A stretch of 63,750 nt of DNA, filler included, from Squatina squatina (taxonomy: Eukaryota): the NCBI GenBank assembly GCA_031763465.1. It is 4 parts of 4 records of this genome, joined end to end, with 100 filler letters (N's around TTAATTAATTAA, not from the genome) between each part and the next. Parts side by side here need not be neighbours in the genome. Positions count along the whole stretch, not along the records: positions 33,932 to 51,374 come from JARFOE010000004.1; 3 more parts are not named here. One strand, written 5' to 3'. The notes beneath the pieces were generated by a model. It had not been told where the DNA came from, searched no databases, and saw only the letters and a list, made by a program, of their open reading frames with translations. The first letter of the stretch is position 1. The number at the start of each line of letters is the position of its first letter. The translations under genes and the position numbers were made by a program. This document shows positions 36,996-49,643 of this stretch, one piece after another.

Positions 36996-37391
36996 TAGAT
37001 GTATATTATCTATCGAACAGCCCATTTCACNNNNNNNNNNNNNNNNNNNNNNNNNNNNNNNNNNNNNNNNNNNNNNNNNNNNNNNNNNNNNNNNNNNNNN
37101 NNNNNNNNNNNNNNNNNNNNNNNNNNNNNNCCAGATATGGAAGTAACATAAATCAGTAAACCATATATATTTAGATACAGAACTTCAATAAAGCTGCACT
37201 GCTTAGTCATTCAAGATTAGTATTGGTTACCTGCGTCTCTTCTGAATATACATCACCTGATTGAAAAAAGAAAAACAAGTGATTCAACAAGTTTAATTTT
37301 TTTTTTAAATTAGTCGAATATATGCAACAGTGCACAAGAGGTAATGGAAAAACAAAAAGAGTAGCACATTTATATTTTGGGTAGGCATTCT

Positions 37392-37476
37392 GGCCAAGGT
37401 TTCGGATCACAACGCTGATGGTAACCCATTTAAAATGAATGGGTTACCATGGTGTTCTGATCAGGAAAACTAGGCC
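37392..37476. repeat. Short foldback (mini-MITE-like) inverted repeat
   Basis: Perfect 13-bp stem atggtaacccatt (37418-37430) / aatgggttaccat (37438-37450), extended by imperfect arms to ggcc...ggcc. Confidence 0.7.
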
Positions 37477-39526
37477 CCTAATGGGTTCTGATTAAGGATC
37501 ATATCTGAAATGTTAGGTGAAAATTAAATTTAGTTTATTTAACATTTTTATCAAAAGTGAAGCATATATGACCCGAGTTCTGACATCAGAGCGGTGAGAT
37601 ATCAGAGGTATTTGATTACTAGCTCATATCAACATTCTTCAGTGGCACTGATTATAAAACAAATGCCACTGTGGCGCACTTGATGGAACTTGGATTTATT
37701 CTTTAAAACTAGTATTTATAAACATCAAGGGGGCATAATTGGTGTGCGGCGAAACCGGCCGCAACATTTGCGGCATCCTCGACGCGGGGACACTGCGCCG
37801 ACAATGAGGGCGAGTATTGCGGAATTGGTGGCTTAGTCACCAATCCGGGTCAGCGCAACGTGTCAACGCTAAAAATTTATTTCATGACTTCCAAAGAATG
37901 CATTTTCACATAATCTAATTGGGAGCCTGTTGTACATTACATTGTTGGTGTAGACTTTGGCAACTGGAAACCCTTTTTAAAAAAAAAAGCTGCTATATAT
38001 TTATACATTTTTAACATTGCTAAACTTATAGGAAATTTACAGATTTGTTTTTCATTTCATGCAGTCTTTCTNNNNNNNNNNNNNNNNNNNNNNNNNNNNN
38101 NNNNNNNNNNNNNNNNNNNNNNNNNNNNNNNNNNNNNNNNNNNNNNNNNNNNNNNNNNNNNNNNNNNNNNNNNNNNNNNNNNNNNNNNNNNNNNNNNNNN
38201 NNNNNNNNNNNNNNNNNNNNNNNNNNNNNNNNNNNNNNNNNNNNNNNNNNNNNNNNNNNNNNNNNNNNNNNNNNNNNNNNNNNNNNNNNNNNNNNNNNNN
38301 NNNNNNNNNNNNNNNNNNNNNNNNNNNNNNNNNNNNNNNNNNNNNNNNNNNNNNNNNNNNNNNNNNNNNNNNNNNNNNNNNNNNNNNNNNNNNNNNNNNN
38401 NNNNNNNNNNNNNNNNNNNNNNNNNNNNNNNNNNNNNNNNNNNNNNNNNNNNNNNNNNNNNNNNNNNNNNNNNNNNNNNNNNNNNNNNNNNNNNNNGATT
38501 CTTGTACGTCAATGTATTTGTATATGACATCCACTAAAACACAGTTATCCCTTGTTATAATTCTTTTTGAAAACCATATGAAAAACCTGCTACAATGAGG
38601 GGCCATTTCATGTGGCTTCTCTGAATGGGGAGTTGGAAGCACGGCATGTGATATCGCAGGCTGTGGTGAAGTGTTGTGCTGGGGGTTACAATATTGAAAT
38701 AGACACAGTAAAATACTGTGTTGATATTTAACAACTAAAAAAGTTCGAGATAATTGGGCATTTTATTCTAATTTTTATGCTCGTAAATAGAGACAGCATT
38801 TCCAATTTATTTATTTTAGGTGGCCTGATTAACAGTAGGATGTATAGCATGGTTTATGGGTTACTGGTGCATATCTGACTGTTTTAACAAAAAGATAAGG
38901 AAAAAGACACATACTGCTTTTAACAAGTTTGTAATGAGTTTAATTTATGTTGAAACACAATCAAACTACATCCTTCCAAATGGTGCATGTGTCATCTGTA
39001 GCCTTGTTTTCAAACACCTACAGTACATAAGGTCAGCAAACATCATTGTACCAGTATCAGTTAAATATTAAAAATATTGTATATTATACTATATTGTGCA
39101 AGTTAAAATGTAGGTGTTTCATTTATTTTTTACATTTCTTTGATAATCCAGCATTGCATTAATTTCACAGCAACAAGCCACAATCCTACAGTGACAATTT
39201 TCACCATTTATTGTGCAGCTGGTTTGTTGGTTACATTTAAGGACATTTTTCTGTCCTTTAAACTATTTGTGGGCATTGACATTTTTCAAAAATGAAAAAA
39301 ACATTTGTTTGCTGCTTCTGTACAGCTTTGTTCAATATCATGTAAAATTTCTTTTGGACATTAAATTGAAATCGCTCCTGTGAAGTGCCTTGGGCATTTT
39401 ACTGCAATAAAGGCACGATATAAATGCAAGTTATTGTTGTGCATCGGTGACCAGAGCTGGTTACATGGTGCAAACACTGCAAAGACACTACGGTCACACA
39501 AATAGAGGTTCAAATACATAATTCCT

Positions 39527-39696
39527 TAGAATCATAGAAATTTACTGCACAGAAGGAGGCCATTCGGCCCATCGTGTCCGTGCTGGCCGACAAAGAGCTA
39601 TCCAGCCTAATCCCACTTCCCAGCTCTGGGTCCGTAGCCCTGTAGGTTCCGGCACTTCAAGGGCACATCCAAGTACTGTTTAAATGTGATGAGGGT
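39527..39696 (-). mobile_element. CR1 3' tail
   Basis: tagaatcatagaaatttactgcacagaaggaggccattcggcccatcg. Confidence 0.75.
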
Positions 39697-39829
39697 NNNN
39701 NNNNNNNNNNNNNNNNNNNNNNNNNNNNNNNNNNNNNNNNNNNNNNNNNNNNNNNNNNNNNNNNNNNNNNNNNNNNNNNNNNNNNNNNNNNNNNNNCAAC
39801 TTGCCTTTCTGTAGCACCTTGACTGTAGT

Positions 39830-40334
39830 AAAGTAACATTGCCCGCCTCCGCCCCTGCCTCAGCTTAAACCCTTATCCTTTGTTATTCCCGGACTCGCCA
39901 ATGCTCTCCTGGCTGGTCTCCCACATTCCACCCTCCATAAACTTGAGCTCGTCCAAAACTCTGCTGCCCGTGTCCTAACTCGCACCAAGTCCTGCTCACC
40001 CCTGTGCTCGCTCGCCTACATTGGCTCCTGGTCTGGCAATGGCTCAGTTTAAAAATTCTCATTCTTGTTTTCAGATCCCTTCATGATCTCGCCCCTCCCT
40101 CTCTTTGTAATTTCCTCCAACCCTACAAGATTTCTGCTTTCAGCAACATTTGGATTCAGCTTGCATTTGTATAGCGCCAAGGTGCTTCACAGGAGATCCT
40201 GCAATTCTGGCCTCGTCCGCATCCCCGGTTTTAAATCACTCCACCGTTGATGGCGGTACCTTCAGCTGCCTAGGCCCTAGACTCTGGAATTCCTCCCGAA
40301 ACCTCTCTGCCTCTAATTCCTTTTAAGGTGCTCC
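39830..40334 (+). mobile_element. L2-type LINE 3' region
   Basis: NALLAGLPHSTLHKLELVQNSAARVLTRTKS...LHWL, the typical L2 ORF2 C-terminus. A more decayed copy lies at about 47800-48250. Confidence 0.8.
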
Positions 40335-40743
40335 NNNNNNNNNNNNNNNNNNNNNNNNNNNNNNNNNNNNNNNNNNNNNNNNNNNNNNNNNNNNNNNNNN
40401 NNNNNNNNNNNNNNNNNNNNNNNNNNNNNNNNNNACCGCCCAGATGTCAAGCAGGAGCCAGAGATACTAAACCAGCAAATAACCCAGCAAATACTGTACG
40501 ATGCCTTTAAATACTGCTGGTGAGGGGGCTTTCATGCCGATTTGCGCTATGCAAAGTCAGCAGGTGGCAAGTAAAGTGCTGGGGTGAAGCAAAATGGAAA
40601 ATGGCTCCTATAAGATGCTCTAATTTAAATACGTTACTTTCCAATTAGAATGCTTCCGGAGTNNNNNNNNNNTCCTCTACAAATATTTTGGGTGGTGCGT
40701 TTCCGGCCAGTTGTGTGGACGGGCTTCCTTCCCTCAGTACTGA

Positions 40744-40968
<225 letters not shown>

Positions 40969-42841
40969 TAAACCATGTCAGCCTCAGTGTGTTGCCTTGT
41001 ATGTCCTGCTTTAATAATTTAATGATGGAGATTCCAATGTCACTCTTCGCTTAAAGTTTTTTTTGAAAATCTTGAAACCGTTAATTAAGTTATGTAAGTT
41101 TTTAATGTACTTATTTCCATTCTCCTGTTATTCTCATAATCCTCTTACCAGATGCCCAAATAATTTAACATTTTCACTGTAACACACAAATATAAAATCT
41201 TACCTTGGCACCATATTTTGAATAGTTCATTTCTGTAAGAGTAACAGGACGAAGTTTGTCTATATCTCCAAATGCCACACCAGGGACATAAAGGGCACAT
41301 ACAACATGAACCCACCTAAAGAAAAAATGCACAGGAGACTCTTGAGATTACTTAAAATCATTGAAACGTACAGCACAGAAAGAGGTGATTTGGCCTATCG
41401 TGCCTGTGCTGGCTCTTTGAAAGTGCACTCGTGCTTAGTCCCACACCCCTGCTTTTGTCTGTCACCATGAAAATTCCTCATCNNNNNNNNNNNNNNNNNN
41501 NNNNNNNNNNNNNNNNNNNNNNNNNNNNNNNNNNNNNNNNNNNNNNNNNNNNNNNNNNNNNNNNNNNNNNNNNNNNNNNNNNTGAGTTTAGAGATCATTT
41601 AATCCCATTGCCTTTGCATTGGAGGAGAGTACTCTACCCACTGCTGCTATAGATGTACCAGAGTACCTAATCATCATGTAATGGTCTGACCAAAATCTAT
41701 GTTCCTTTGCTTCAACAAGTCTATCAAACTTGAGCCCTTGTGAGCCCAATACACAAATAGGCAGGTTAATCGGAAATTGATTCTGTATTTATAGAAATAC
41801 TTGAACCAGGCCACCAGTAAAATCAGCCATTAAACTGGCGGTCTTGTATTTTTTTGCAGTAGTAGTAAACTTGCATCCAAGCGCTTTACAACCAATGAAG
41901 TACTTATGTAGTCACTGTTGTAATGTAGCAGTGATTAGATATTCTGGCCTGTGGCAGCCACACAATTTACCTGATCTGTAGTGTCTTGAATTTGGCAATT
42001 TCCAAGTGAAAGATCATGTCCCAAAGGCTACTGCATTCATGTTATTGGCTGCTTCCTATTACAAAAGTTTCAGAAGTGATATTTGTGCAACTGGAGTAGT
42101 GTCTAGGGTGCTCTAAAACAACTCCAAAGAAAACATATTGACCGAGCTCACTTTAAAGTGGAGGATTATTACTGAATTTATCAGCTAAGTAATAGGTTTG
42201 TTGACACTGTGTAATGGGCTGTGCAATAATGGCTATTTGTTTTAACAGTTTTCCTTATAAGCAGCGCTGATAATGTGAGGGACGGAGGTTCATCGTTTTG
42301 TAGCCTTAAGCTCCCTAGCTAAATTTCAGAGTTTGTAGCATTAGATATGAGGAGCTCCTTCAGTATGAAAGGTTGTGCATAAGTGATTAAAAACATTCAT
42401 ACAAGGAAAAGTCATTTTACATGTGGATGTTACCCACGATTATAAGAATAATATAATCATGGATAACATCCACCTGTATAAAGGAGTTTAATCTGAAATG
42501 ATCCGACATTTTGCTTATGTGTGCAAAGAGCTTTTGATAAGATATTGACGGTTTGAGATGTAATCAAATAGACTTCTGGACTATGCACATTATTACAATA
42601 TTTTCTTTTTTAAAGTTGAAATTACAGTAGTCACAAATTTGTATCCCTGAATTATGGTTGTTCAATTTATCACCATACCCTACAAAAGTGGCTGATCACA
42701 TCATTTTATTTCATTGGCCACTAATACTGGTTGTTGACATTTCAGCTTGTAGGTCTTGAATTTAAAAATTTATGCTAATGCTTATTTTCTGCTTCTAACT
42801 ATTTCTTCACGCGCATCTGCTTGTTCCTTTCACCTGTGCAG

Positions 42842-42916
42842 ATAACCTCCTCTGATGCTGCGCCCTTGCCATCATCTCCCTCTTTATCAAATGCTGCTGA
42901 GAAGAGCAAACTGGAG
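42842..42916 (+). CDS. SMAP1: SMAP1 symmetric 75-nt exon
   Basis: gcag|ITSSDAAPLPSSPSLSNAAEKSKLE|gtatt versus human ISSSDAPLQPLVSSPSLQAAVDKNKLE. Confidence 0.8.
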
Positions 42917-43789
42917 GTATTATCATACAGAACTATCAAATAGCGATGGACACTGAATTGTGATGTTTCACTCTGCAGTTCATGATTTTCCAATAGCTTT
43001 TATTAATAAATGTTTCATTAGCAAGCCGTGGTAGGAATGCAAATCACGTGGACAAATTTTTGGCAGGAGACACAAGTTCCTGGAGAGAACCTGCCAATCT
43101 ATTTTGTAAACTACATTGCACTGATGTTTATCTTTTACTTTAGAACTTTAGATCTGTGATATTCAATGGCCACTATTTTGTCAAGTCATACACCAAAGAT
43201 AAGTGTGTTTGCTATTTTATTTGGTGTTAAAACAAATCAACAGTCCAGCAAAAGTTTTTGAAACCTTTACCTTTAATGCTGTGCCGCTGCATCACTGGAA
43301 TGTAGACATTGATGGGAGCCTCCCCCCACTGCCCCAGTCTCTGCCAATGTAGCTGTAAGTCAGTCATTAGATTGAGGAGAGTAGCTAAGAATCACTTTTT
43401 TAAACAAAATTTACTGTACCAGAAGTGCATGTGGAAGCTTTGGTCTCCATGCTGAGAGTTGCTGGTCCAAACCTGCATGCTAGCACTTCATAGAATATAG
43501 ATGGGAATAACCTGGTGGAACTTTTTGCCAAAGGTTACCATGTCACCAATAAGAGTTGCCGCCTCTACTCTCCATTAAAGTGAATGAAAAATAAGCTGTT
43601 TAAACATCATTTAATCACAAGAGGAAATAACACCCGACCAGAAACGAATACCTGTTTTATGCTATTTTATGTGAATGATGGTGTTATTTTACGCAAGTGG
43701 CAACAAATGGCGCAATATGTAATCTTTTTGAGCTTGGAGTTATTTTTTGATTATAAATAGGTTATAACAGTGCGATTTTATCCTTGTAG

Positions 43790-43867
43790 AGAGAAAAGGA
43801 CAAAAGGAAAGATGAAAAGAGGGGAAAAGATCAAGAGAAACCTGTTGCTTTTGACAAATTAAAAATG
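43790..43867 (+). CDS. SMAP1: SMAP1 lysine/glutamate-rich exon (78 nt)
   Basis: tgtag|REKDKRKDEKRGKDQEKPVAFDKLKM|gtgag versus human KEKEKKKEEKKREKEPEKPAKPLTAEKLQ. Confidence 0.8.
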
Positions 43868-44039
43868 GTGAGTTTAATCTATTTTTGAATGGCAAATGTT
43901 GCTCTTAAAACTGCAGGTGTTGGTACTGTCAACTGCCAAATTAGAAGGGGATAAAGAATGTGATATATTTGTGTAGATGCATCACATTCATAAACTGGCA
44001 AACCCTTGGTTTTGGGAAGGAGAATAGTCAGAAGACCTG

Positions 44040-44227
44040 TCATTTTTGTCTCCAGCCAGGGGAAACAACCTCTCTGTACTTACCGTCTCAAGTCCTCTAA
44101 GAATGTAATAGGTTTCAATGAGATCACCTTGCATTCTTGATGCCAGAAAATATCGTCCCATTCTACTTGCTCTCTCATAGGACAGCCCTCTCATCCTAGG
44201 AATCAATCTACTACACCAGTCTCTCGT
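44040..44227 (-). mobile_element. CR1 ORF2 fragment
   Basis: IPRMRGLSYER...GDLIETYYILRGLETVSTERLFPLAG. Confidence 0.75.
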
Positions 44228-44369
44228 NNNNNNNNNNNNNNNNNNNNNNNNNNNNNNNNNNNNNNNNNNNNNNNNNNNNNNNNNNNNNNNNNNNNNNNNN
44301 NNNNNNNNNNNNNNNNNNNNNNNNNNNAGGGTAAGTAAAACATTGCTTTTGTTAGTCTTTTAGTGGGAT

Positions 44370-44505
44370 CATCAGTAATATGAGTAATAGTATATTAGTA
44401 ATAATAGTATTAGCAATAGCAATAATAATAATGATCGTGTATAATAATAGTATTATTAATAGTGTATTAGTAATATGTGTAAGTAATAATAATATTGGTA
44501 ATAAC
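44370..44505. repeat. Degenerate (TAA/TAG)n microsatellite
   Basis: Visible tagtaataatagtattag repeats. Confidence 0.7.
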
Positions 44506-44633
44506 ATTCAGTTATAGCTACAGTAAACTATGATGTTGGCCCTTTTTAATTTCTGATCGTATTTGTATTTTATATCAGACTGAATTACCTGTTGAAGTGT
44601 TCTTTCCCACACTTTTTTTGTAGAAAATGAATC

Positions 44634-44908
44634 ATGAGCTCCCTTTGGAAAGTGAGTAATTCTTCCAACCACAGCCTGTCTCCATTGGCTTCTCTGGGGG
44701 TTGGGAATGCCTCTCACATCCAGATCTCCCACCAAGAGGTGCTGGTTGGGACCATACTGACCACGGTGGACCTGGTGACGCTGCTGGGCAACATGGTGGT
44801 GTTTATCTGCCCTGCCTTGGAGAAGAGACTGAGAACAGTGACTTACATGTTCATCCTATCCCTGGCGACAGCAGACCTGCTGGTGGCGTGTCTGGTCATG
44901 CCCTTTAG
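44634..44908 (+). CDS. Class A (rhodopsin-family), aminergic-like GPCR: N-terminus plus TM1-TM2 exon
   Basis: MSSLWKVSNSSNHS...GTILTTVDLVTLLGNMVVFICPALEKRLRTVTYMFILSLATADLLVACLVMPF then ag|gtaagt donor. TM1 GNxxV, TM2 LAxADLLVxxxVMPF, three N-glycosylation sequons (NSS, NHS, NAS). Upstream acceptor tttttttgtag at 44623. Confidence 0.85.
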
Positions 44909-46848
44909 GTAAGTGCGAGTGTGGAGTGTTATGTTAATACCAACATCGATTCCTTTGGGCACAGCAGGAGACCATTTGTCCCATCGTGTCTGTGCCGATT
45001 CTTTGAAAGATCTATCCAGTTGGTCCCAGTCCCCCACTCTCACCTCATAGCCCTGCAAATTTTTCCTTTTCAAATATATATCTAATCCCCTAACTTGAGT
45101 TCATTACTATAAGTTTGCTCCAGTTCCACGGTGCCCCAAACATAAGCAATTGATCTTCCATTTTGCACTTTTAACTTTGTTTTGTGATGGAATTCTCCTT
45201 CACAAAACGTGGAGTCCCTGTTAAAGATCAAACAGTCTGAAGCTGATTTTAAAAACAAAATGGCGCAAAAGGTGTCTTTACACCATTTGAGATGAGATTT
45301 CTCTGTTCAACATTTTGTCCTTGTGAGTTTTTTTATTTTAGTTGGTGGCTAAATCCTATTTACTTTGTAGATGGCTTGCATCTGGAAAAAGATCGCCTTT
45401 TCTCACTCTGAAGATTTAAACTCTAACAGCAATACTAAAATGGGAATAAAGAAGTCCAACCTTCATTTTTATAAGAAAATTAACCTCCAGAACCCTGCTG
45501 CCACTGTCACTGCAGAAATTTGGCAGCGAGACAGGTGTATACTATGGAGCAAGCATTGCTTTGACCTCATCAGTGACAGAAGCTTCAGAAAAGCATGATA
45601 GGAAAGAGCAAAGGAATTACTGTTGCCCTGTATACTGACCTAAGCGTAGTTGTCAGATTGATGATGACAGGCTTTTTTTCCCCATTTTTAAATAAAAAGG
45701 GGGAAAAAATTGTATTTTGTGGTTGTGACATGCATAACAGCTTTTCAAAGTAATAAAAATGGACAGCCTTATTTGCATTGTGCTTTCTCAAGTATAGTAA
45801 GCAGTTGTCCAACCTGTTGACTATTTGCCATCGTTTGAGTCAAGGTGAGCGATTTTGTTGAAATATTGCTTAAGATTATAAAAAGCATCAAAAACCATTC
45901 TTTGTATCTACGTAAAGAAAAAAATGCAAATTTGAAATTAAATTTAAAATTGCTGGAAATGCACAGCAGGTTCCAGCATCTGGAGAGAAAGGACAAGTTA
46001 ATGCTTCGGGTGTAGACTTGCTTTCCATTTTCAGGTGTCTCTTGCAGCTTGCCATCAATGTAATATAAATGTCAAGGTTGTTTTAATGCTTGTAAATGGA
46101 CCTTGCATCCTCAGAGTCAGATACTTTAACTCTGGTTTTCTGACCCCGCAGACGCCTCGTACCCATTTAGTCTCTCAATCGTCAACCCCTAGCAGCCAGT
46201 GCACTCACTTTATTTCTCTCAGTGCCTCTCTAGATGATTATCACCACCCTATATTTGAGCTGAATTTAGATTCTGAAGTAGCGGTGTAGATTGATTTGTG
46301 GGAATTAAGCAAGCCGGGCAACTGCAGAGCAACACAAGCTTATGTATAATGATGGCAGTAAATAGCCTGGTCTTTTAAAACTGCACTCTGCTCCTGACAG
46401 GCATGATGGCAGTGAAATTCTTGCTTTTGGTTCAGTTTCTCCCAGGATCACTGATTTCATGCTTTTAGTGGTGCAGTCTTTCTCTTCCCCATGCCTCTCA
46501 GGCCAGAAGTTTAAATGTTCTGTGCATGAACTCCACAGTGAACTTTTTATTTAAAAAAAAATGCAAGCAGTTGTTGCACCTACTTCCAGGTAGGTGTTTG
46601 CACTTCCTAAACAAAGTCTGCCTGACTTCATTTACATTGTTAGAAAGCTGAAGTCAAAAGCCGACTTCAGGAAACCAGACACATTGCAGCTGGATCACTA
46701 TATCAGAACTTCCACTTGAAATTTGTACAGGGCACAAGGATCTATAATNNNNNNNNNNNNNNNNNNNNNNNNNNNNNNNNNNNNNNNNNNNNNNNNNNNN
46801 NNNNNNNNNNNNNNNNNNNNNNNNNNNNNNNNNNNNNNNNNNNNNNNN

Positions 46849-47180
46849 CTACTTTCGGCTTTCTTGGCCAATTTTGAATCCTCGCTGTCACTGCCCCTTT
46901 AATCCCAGGGGCTTCAATCTTGCGAACAAGTCTATTATGTGGCACTTTATTAAAAGCCTTCTGAAAATTCATATACACAACAACAGCCTCATTGACTGAC
47001 TGTCTTTCATCAAAGAACTCAAACATGTTTTCCAGACATGATTTGCTTTTAATAAATCCATGTTGGCTGTGGTAGATTAACTTCTTCCATTTATATTTTT
47101 AAAAATTGTCCCGGTTTACTGTTTCGAAGTTTCCCCCATGACCTGCATTTGGCTGACCGGCCTGCAGTTACCTGGTTTAT
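46849..47180 (-). mobile_element. CR1 reverse transcriptase fragment
   Basis: VVVYMNFQKAFNKVPHNRLVRKIEAPGIKG, the RT DFxKAFDxV motif. Confidence 0.8.
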
Positions 47181-48688
47181 CACTCCCTTTTTTTGAATGG
47201 GGGTGTTTTTGCACTTCAAATGATGGCTATTACCAAACTGCACTCCTGGGAGGAAAAAACACCACTTATTTTTATGAATTTGGGCAGGGAGTGCCTGAAT
47301 TCCTGCTACATGATCCCTGTGTATCAAAAAGGGTGACAAAATGGGATGCTCTTGTACAGTGTTAGAATTTGGATTTTTCCTCCACAGCAGTATTCTAGGC
47401 AAAGGATTAGGATTGAAAAAACAGACAAACCTTTTTTTGTGGGGGGTGGAGAGAGGGGGCTTGAAATTTCCTTTTAAAATGGAGAGTGCATGAAAGAATT
47501 TCATTGGGATTTTAAAGGTTGTTTTTCTGATCTGAGGATTTCATTTACAGTCAAAGGTACTCTATTTTCCATTAATATTTGTACATAGAGAATTGCATTA
47601 CAACAAGTTATAGGTTGATGCTGATCTTCAAGAACACAATTGACAAATATGGTTGCAACTTATTTTCACTATATATTTATGGTTTAAAACCTAAAACAAT
47701 AAGAGTTGAGCCTGACTTTAGCAATCCACACAGTAATGAAGAGCTTGCAGCAGTGCAACAGTTTATAGTATTGGTATATCAAACCTCATGTTCTGACTGC
47801 CGCCAAGATCACCTACTTCCACCACTGCAACACCTCCATCCCTTCCTCAAGCCCACCACAACCAAAGCCCTAATCCATACATTCATACCTCCTAGACTTG
47901 ATTTCTCTATCACCTTCCTTGCTGGTTTCCCAAGGACCACCCTCTATAAATTCCACCTCCCTGTACTGTCCTGCACTAATGTGATGCTTGACCATTACTC
48001 CAATCCTTGCCAACATACATTAACTGCCTATCCCTAAGCAGATTGATTTTCAAAATCTTTGCTTATCTACTCATCATTCCATGGCCTCACCTCAATTTAT
48101 CTCTGTGACCTCTTTAAGCATTATACCCATTCTGAGCCTTTTATTCCTCTAGCTGGTCATCTCTCCAGCCAAGCCTTTGTTCCACAGTTGGCTGTAGAAC
48201 TTTCATCCATTGAAGCCCAACTATTGGGAACACTCTACCTCACTTGCTCTGTTACTTGCAGAGGTGACCAGAAATATGGTCAGTTCGACAGACCTTCCAC
48301 AATTTTGCTTTTGCTTACCTCTGCAAACTTCCCCTCTTGGAGGCAGGGCCCATTGTTACTCCTCTTCAAGCACTTAAGGATTTTTTCTTGCGTTAAAGGT
48401 GCTGTACAAATGCCACTTTATTGTATCAATACACTATACACCGTAATGGTAGGTGTGGGTTCACTCCTCTGACTGAGCAAGAAAAAAGTGGGAATTGCTG
48501 TGCAGTCAGTCAGGAAAGTGTCAAATCATGTGTTGTAGATCAAAAAGAGGGAATTGCATGTGGGTATAAAGAGACCAAAATGAGAGAATATGATCTTGGA
48601 GTGGCTGCAAATGTTTATCTTAAAGAATTGTTGCATTCAGATTATCTTAATGAGCTGTATTAATTCATATCTGCTTTTGACTGCACAG

Positions 48689-48761
48689 AAGAAAGATCAA
48701 TTGGACACCAGAATGAGCCCTCAGAAGGTGACGCAATCCACCATCGACCTCTTAGGACTGG
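48689..48761 (+). CDS. SMAP1: SMAP1 exon with clathrin-box-like DLLGL(D)
   Basis: cacag|KKDQLDTRMSPQKVTQSTIDLLGL g|gtgag versus human KKDQQLEPKKSTSPKKAAEPTVDLLGLD. Confidence 0.85.
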
Positions 48762-49643
48762 GTGAGTAATGAATATTTAAGTGTTTATTTTGTGATTGTG
48801 TAAGATATAATGCAACCTTTTGCTGAAATGAAAATAACAATTATTCTTAGCATCAATAGTCATTGTTGGCTAAGCTTGAAGTGGTACAGGTAGTCTTCAT
48901 ATGAACGCACAATGTGGCAGTTCAGGCAATAAGACACCCGTGCATATCCCGCGCTGCAGCTGAGTGTAAATAATGAGCTCCTAAGGGAAGGAATTTCTAT
49001 CGAAGTGATCTCTCCAGGCGCATTGTATGTGACATTTCAACATTTACAATGCAAAAGATTTTAGGAAGGCTAAGTTAATGGTCACATTATAGAACTGTAT
49101 AAGAAGTATACATTTGATTCTCCTTGCTGAAGCAGGTTGCTTTCAACAGATGTTGACTAACTAGCCATTTTTTGACAAATTATATTCCTTTACTTTAGAT
49201 TTTGGACTCTTACTACTGCTTGGTTGTCATTTGTAAAGTAAAATTGTATGGTTGTGTATTTTTTTAAAGATTTCTGTTCAGCGTAACTCAAAGATGACCA
49301 ATCTAATAGCAAATAGTAAAGGCCTTGCATTCCATGTGCTTCCTCACATTTACAAATATGAATTGCAATGCTTCTGCTACTGTTTTCATATTTAGCACTG
49401 AGNNNNNNNNNNNNNNNNNNNNNNNNNNNNNNNNNNNNNNNNNNNNNNNNNNNNNNNNNNNNNNNNNNNNNNNNNNNNNNNNNNNNNNNNNNNNNNNNNN
49501 NNCACCAAAATGTAAAAATAACTGGCGTTCGAATTCTAGTGAAAGAATAGTGCAGAAATTATAGTGGTGTGTAGCCAGCAGTGCTTTGTTATACTGTCAG
49601 TACACATTGAGCGTAAAGTGTTACGAACAGCATAATAGCATTG

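Noticed and set aside
38045-38642. Long ORFs of 157-196 aa in the ORF track
   Set aside because: They consist almost entirely of X residues from the 425-N gap.
38497-39370. Possible FAM135A 3' UTR ending at ATTAAA (39360-39365)
   Set aside because: Composition is plausible, but the stop-codon exon is not visible and gaps intervene.
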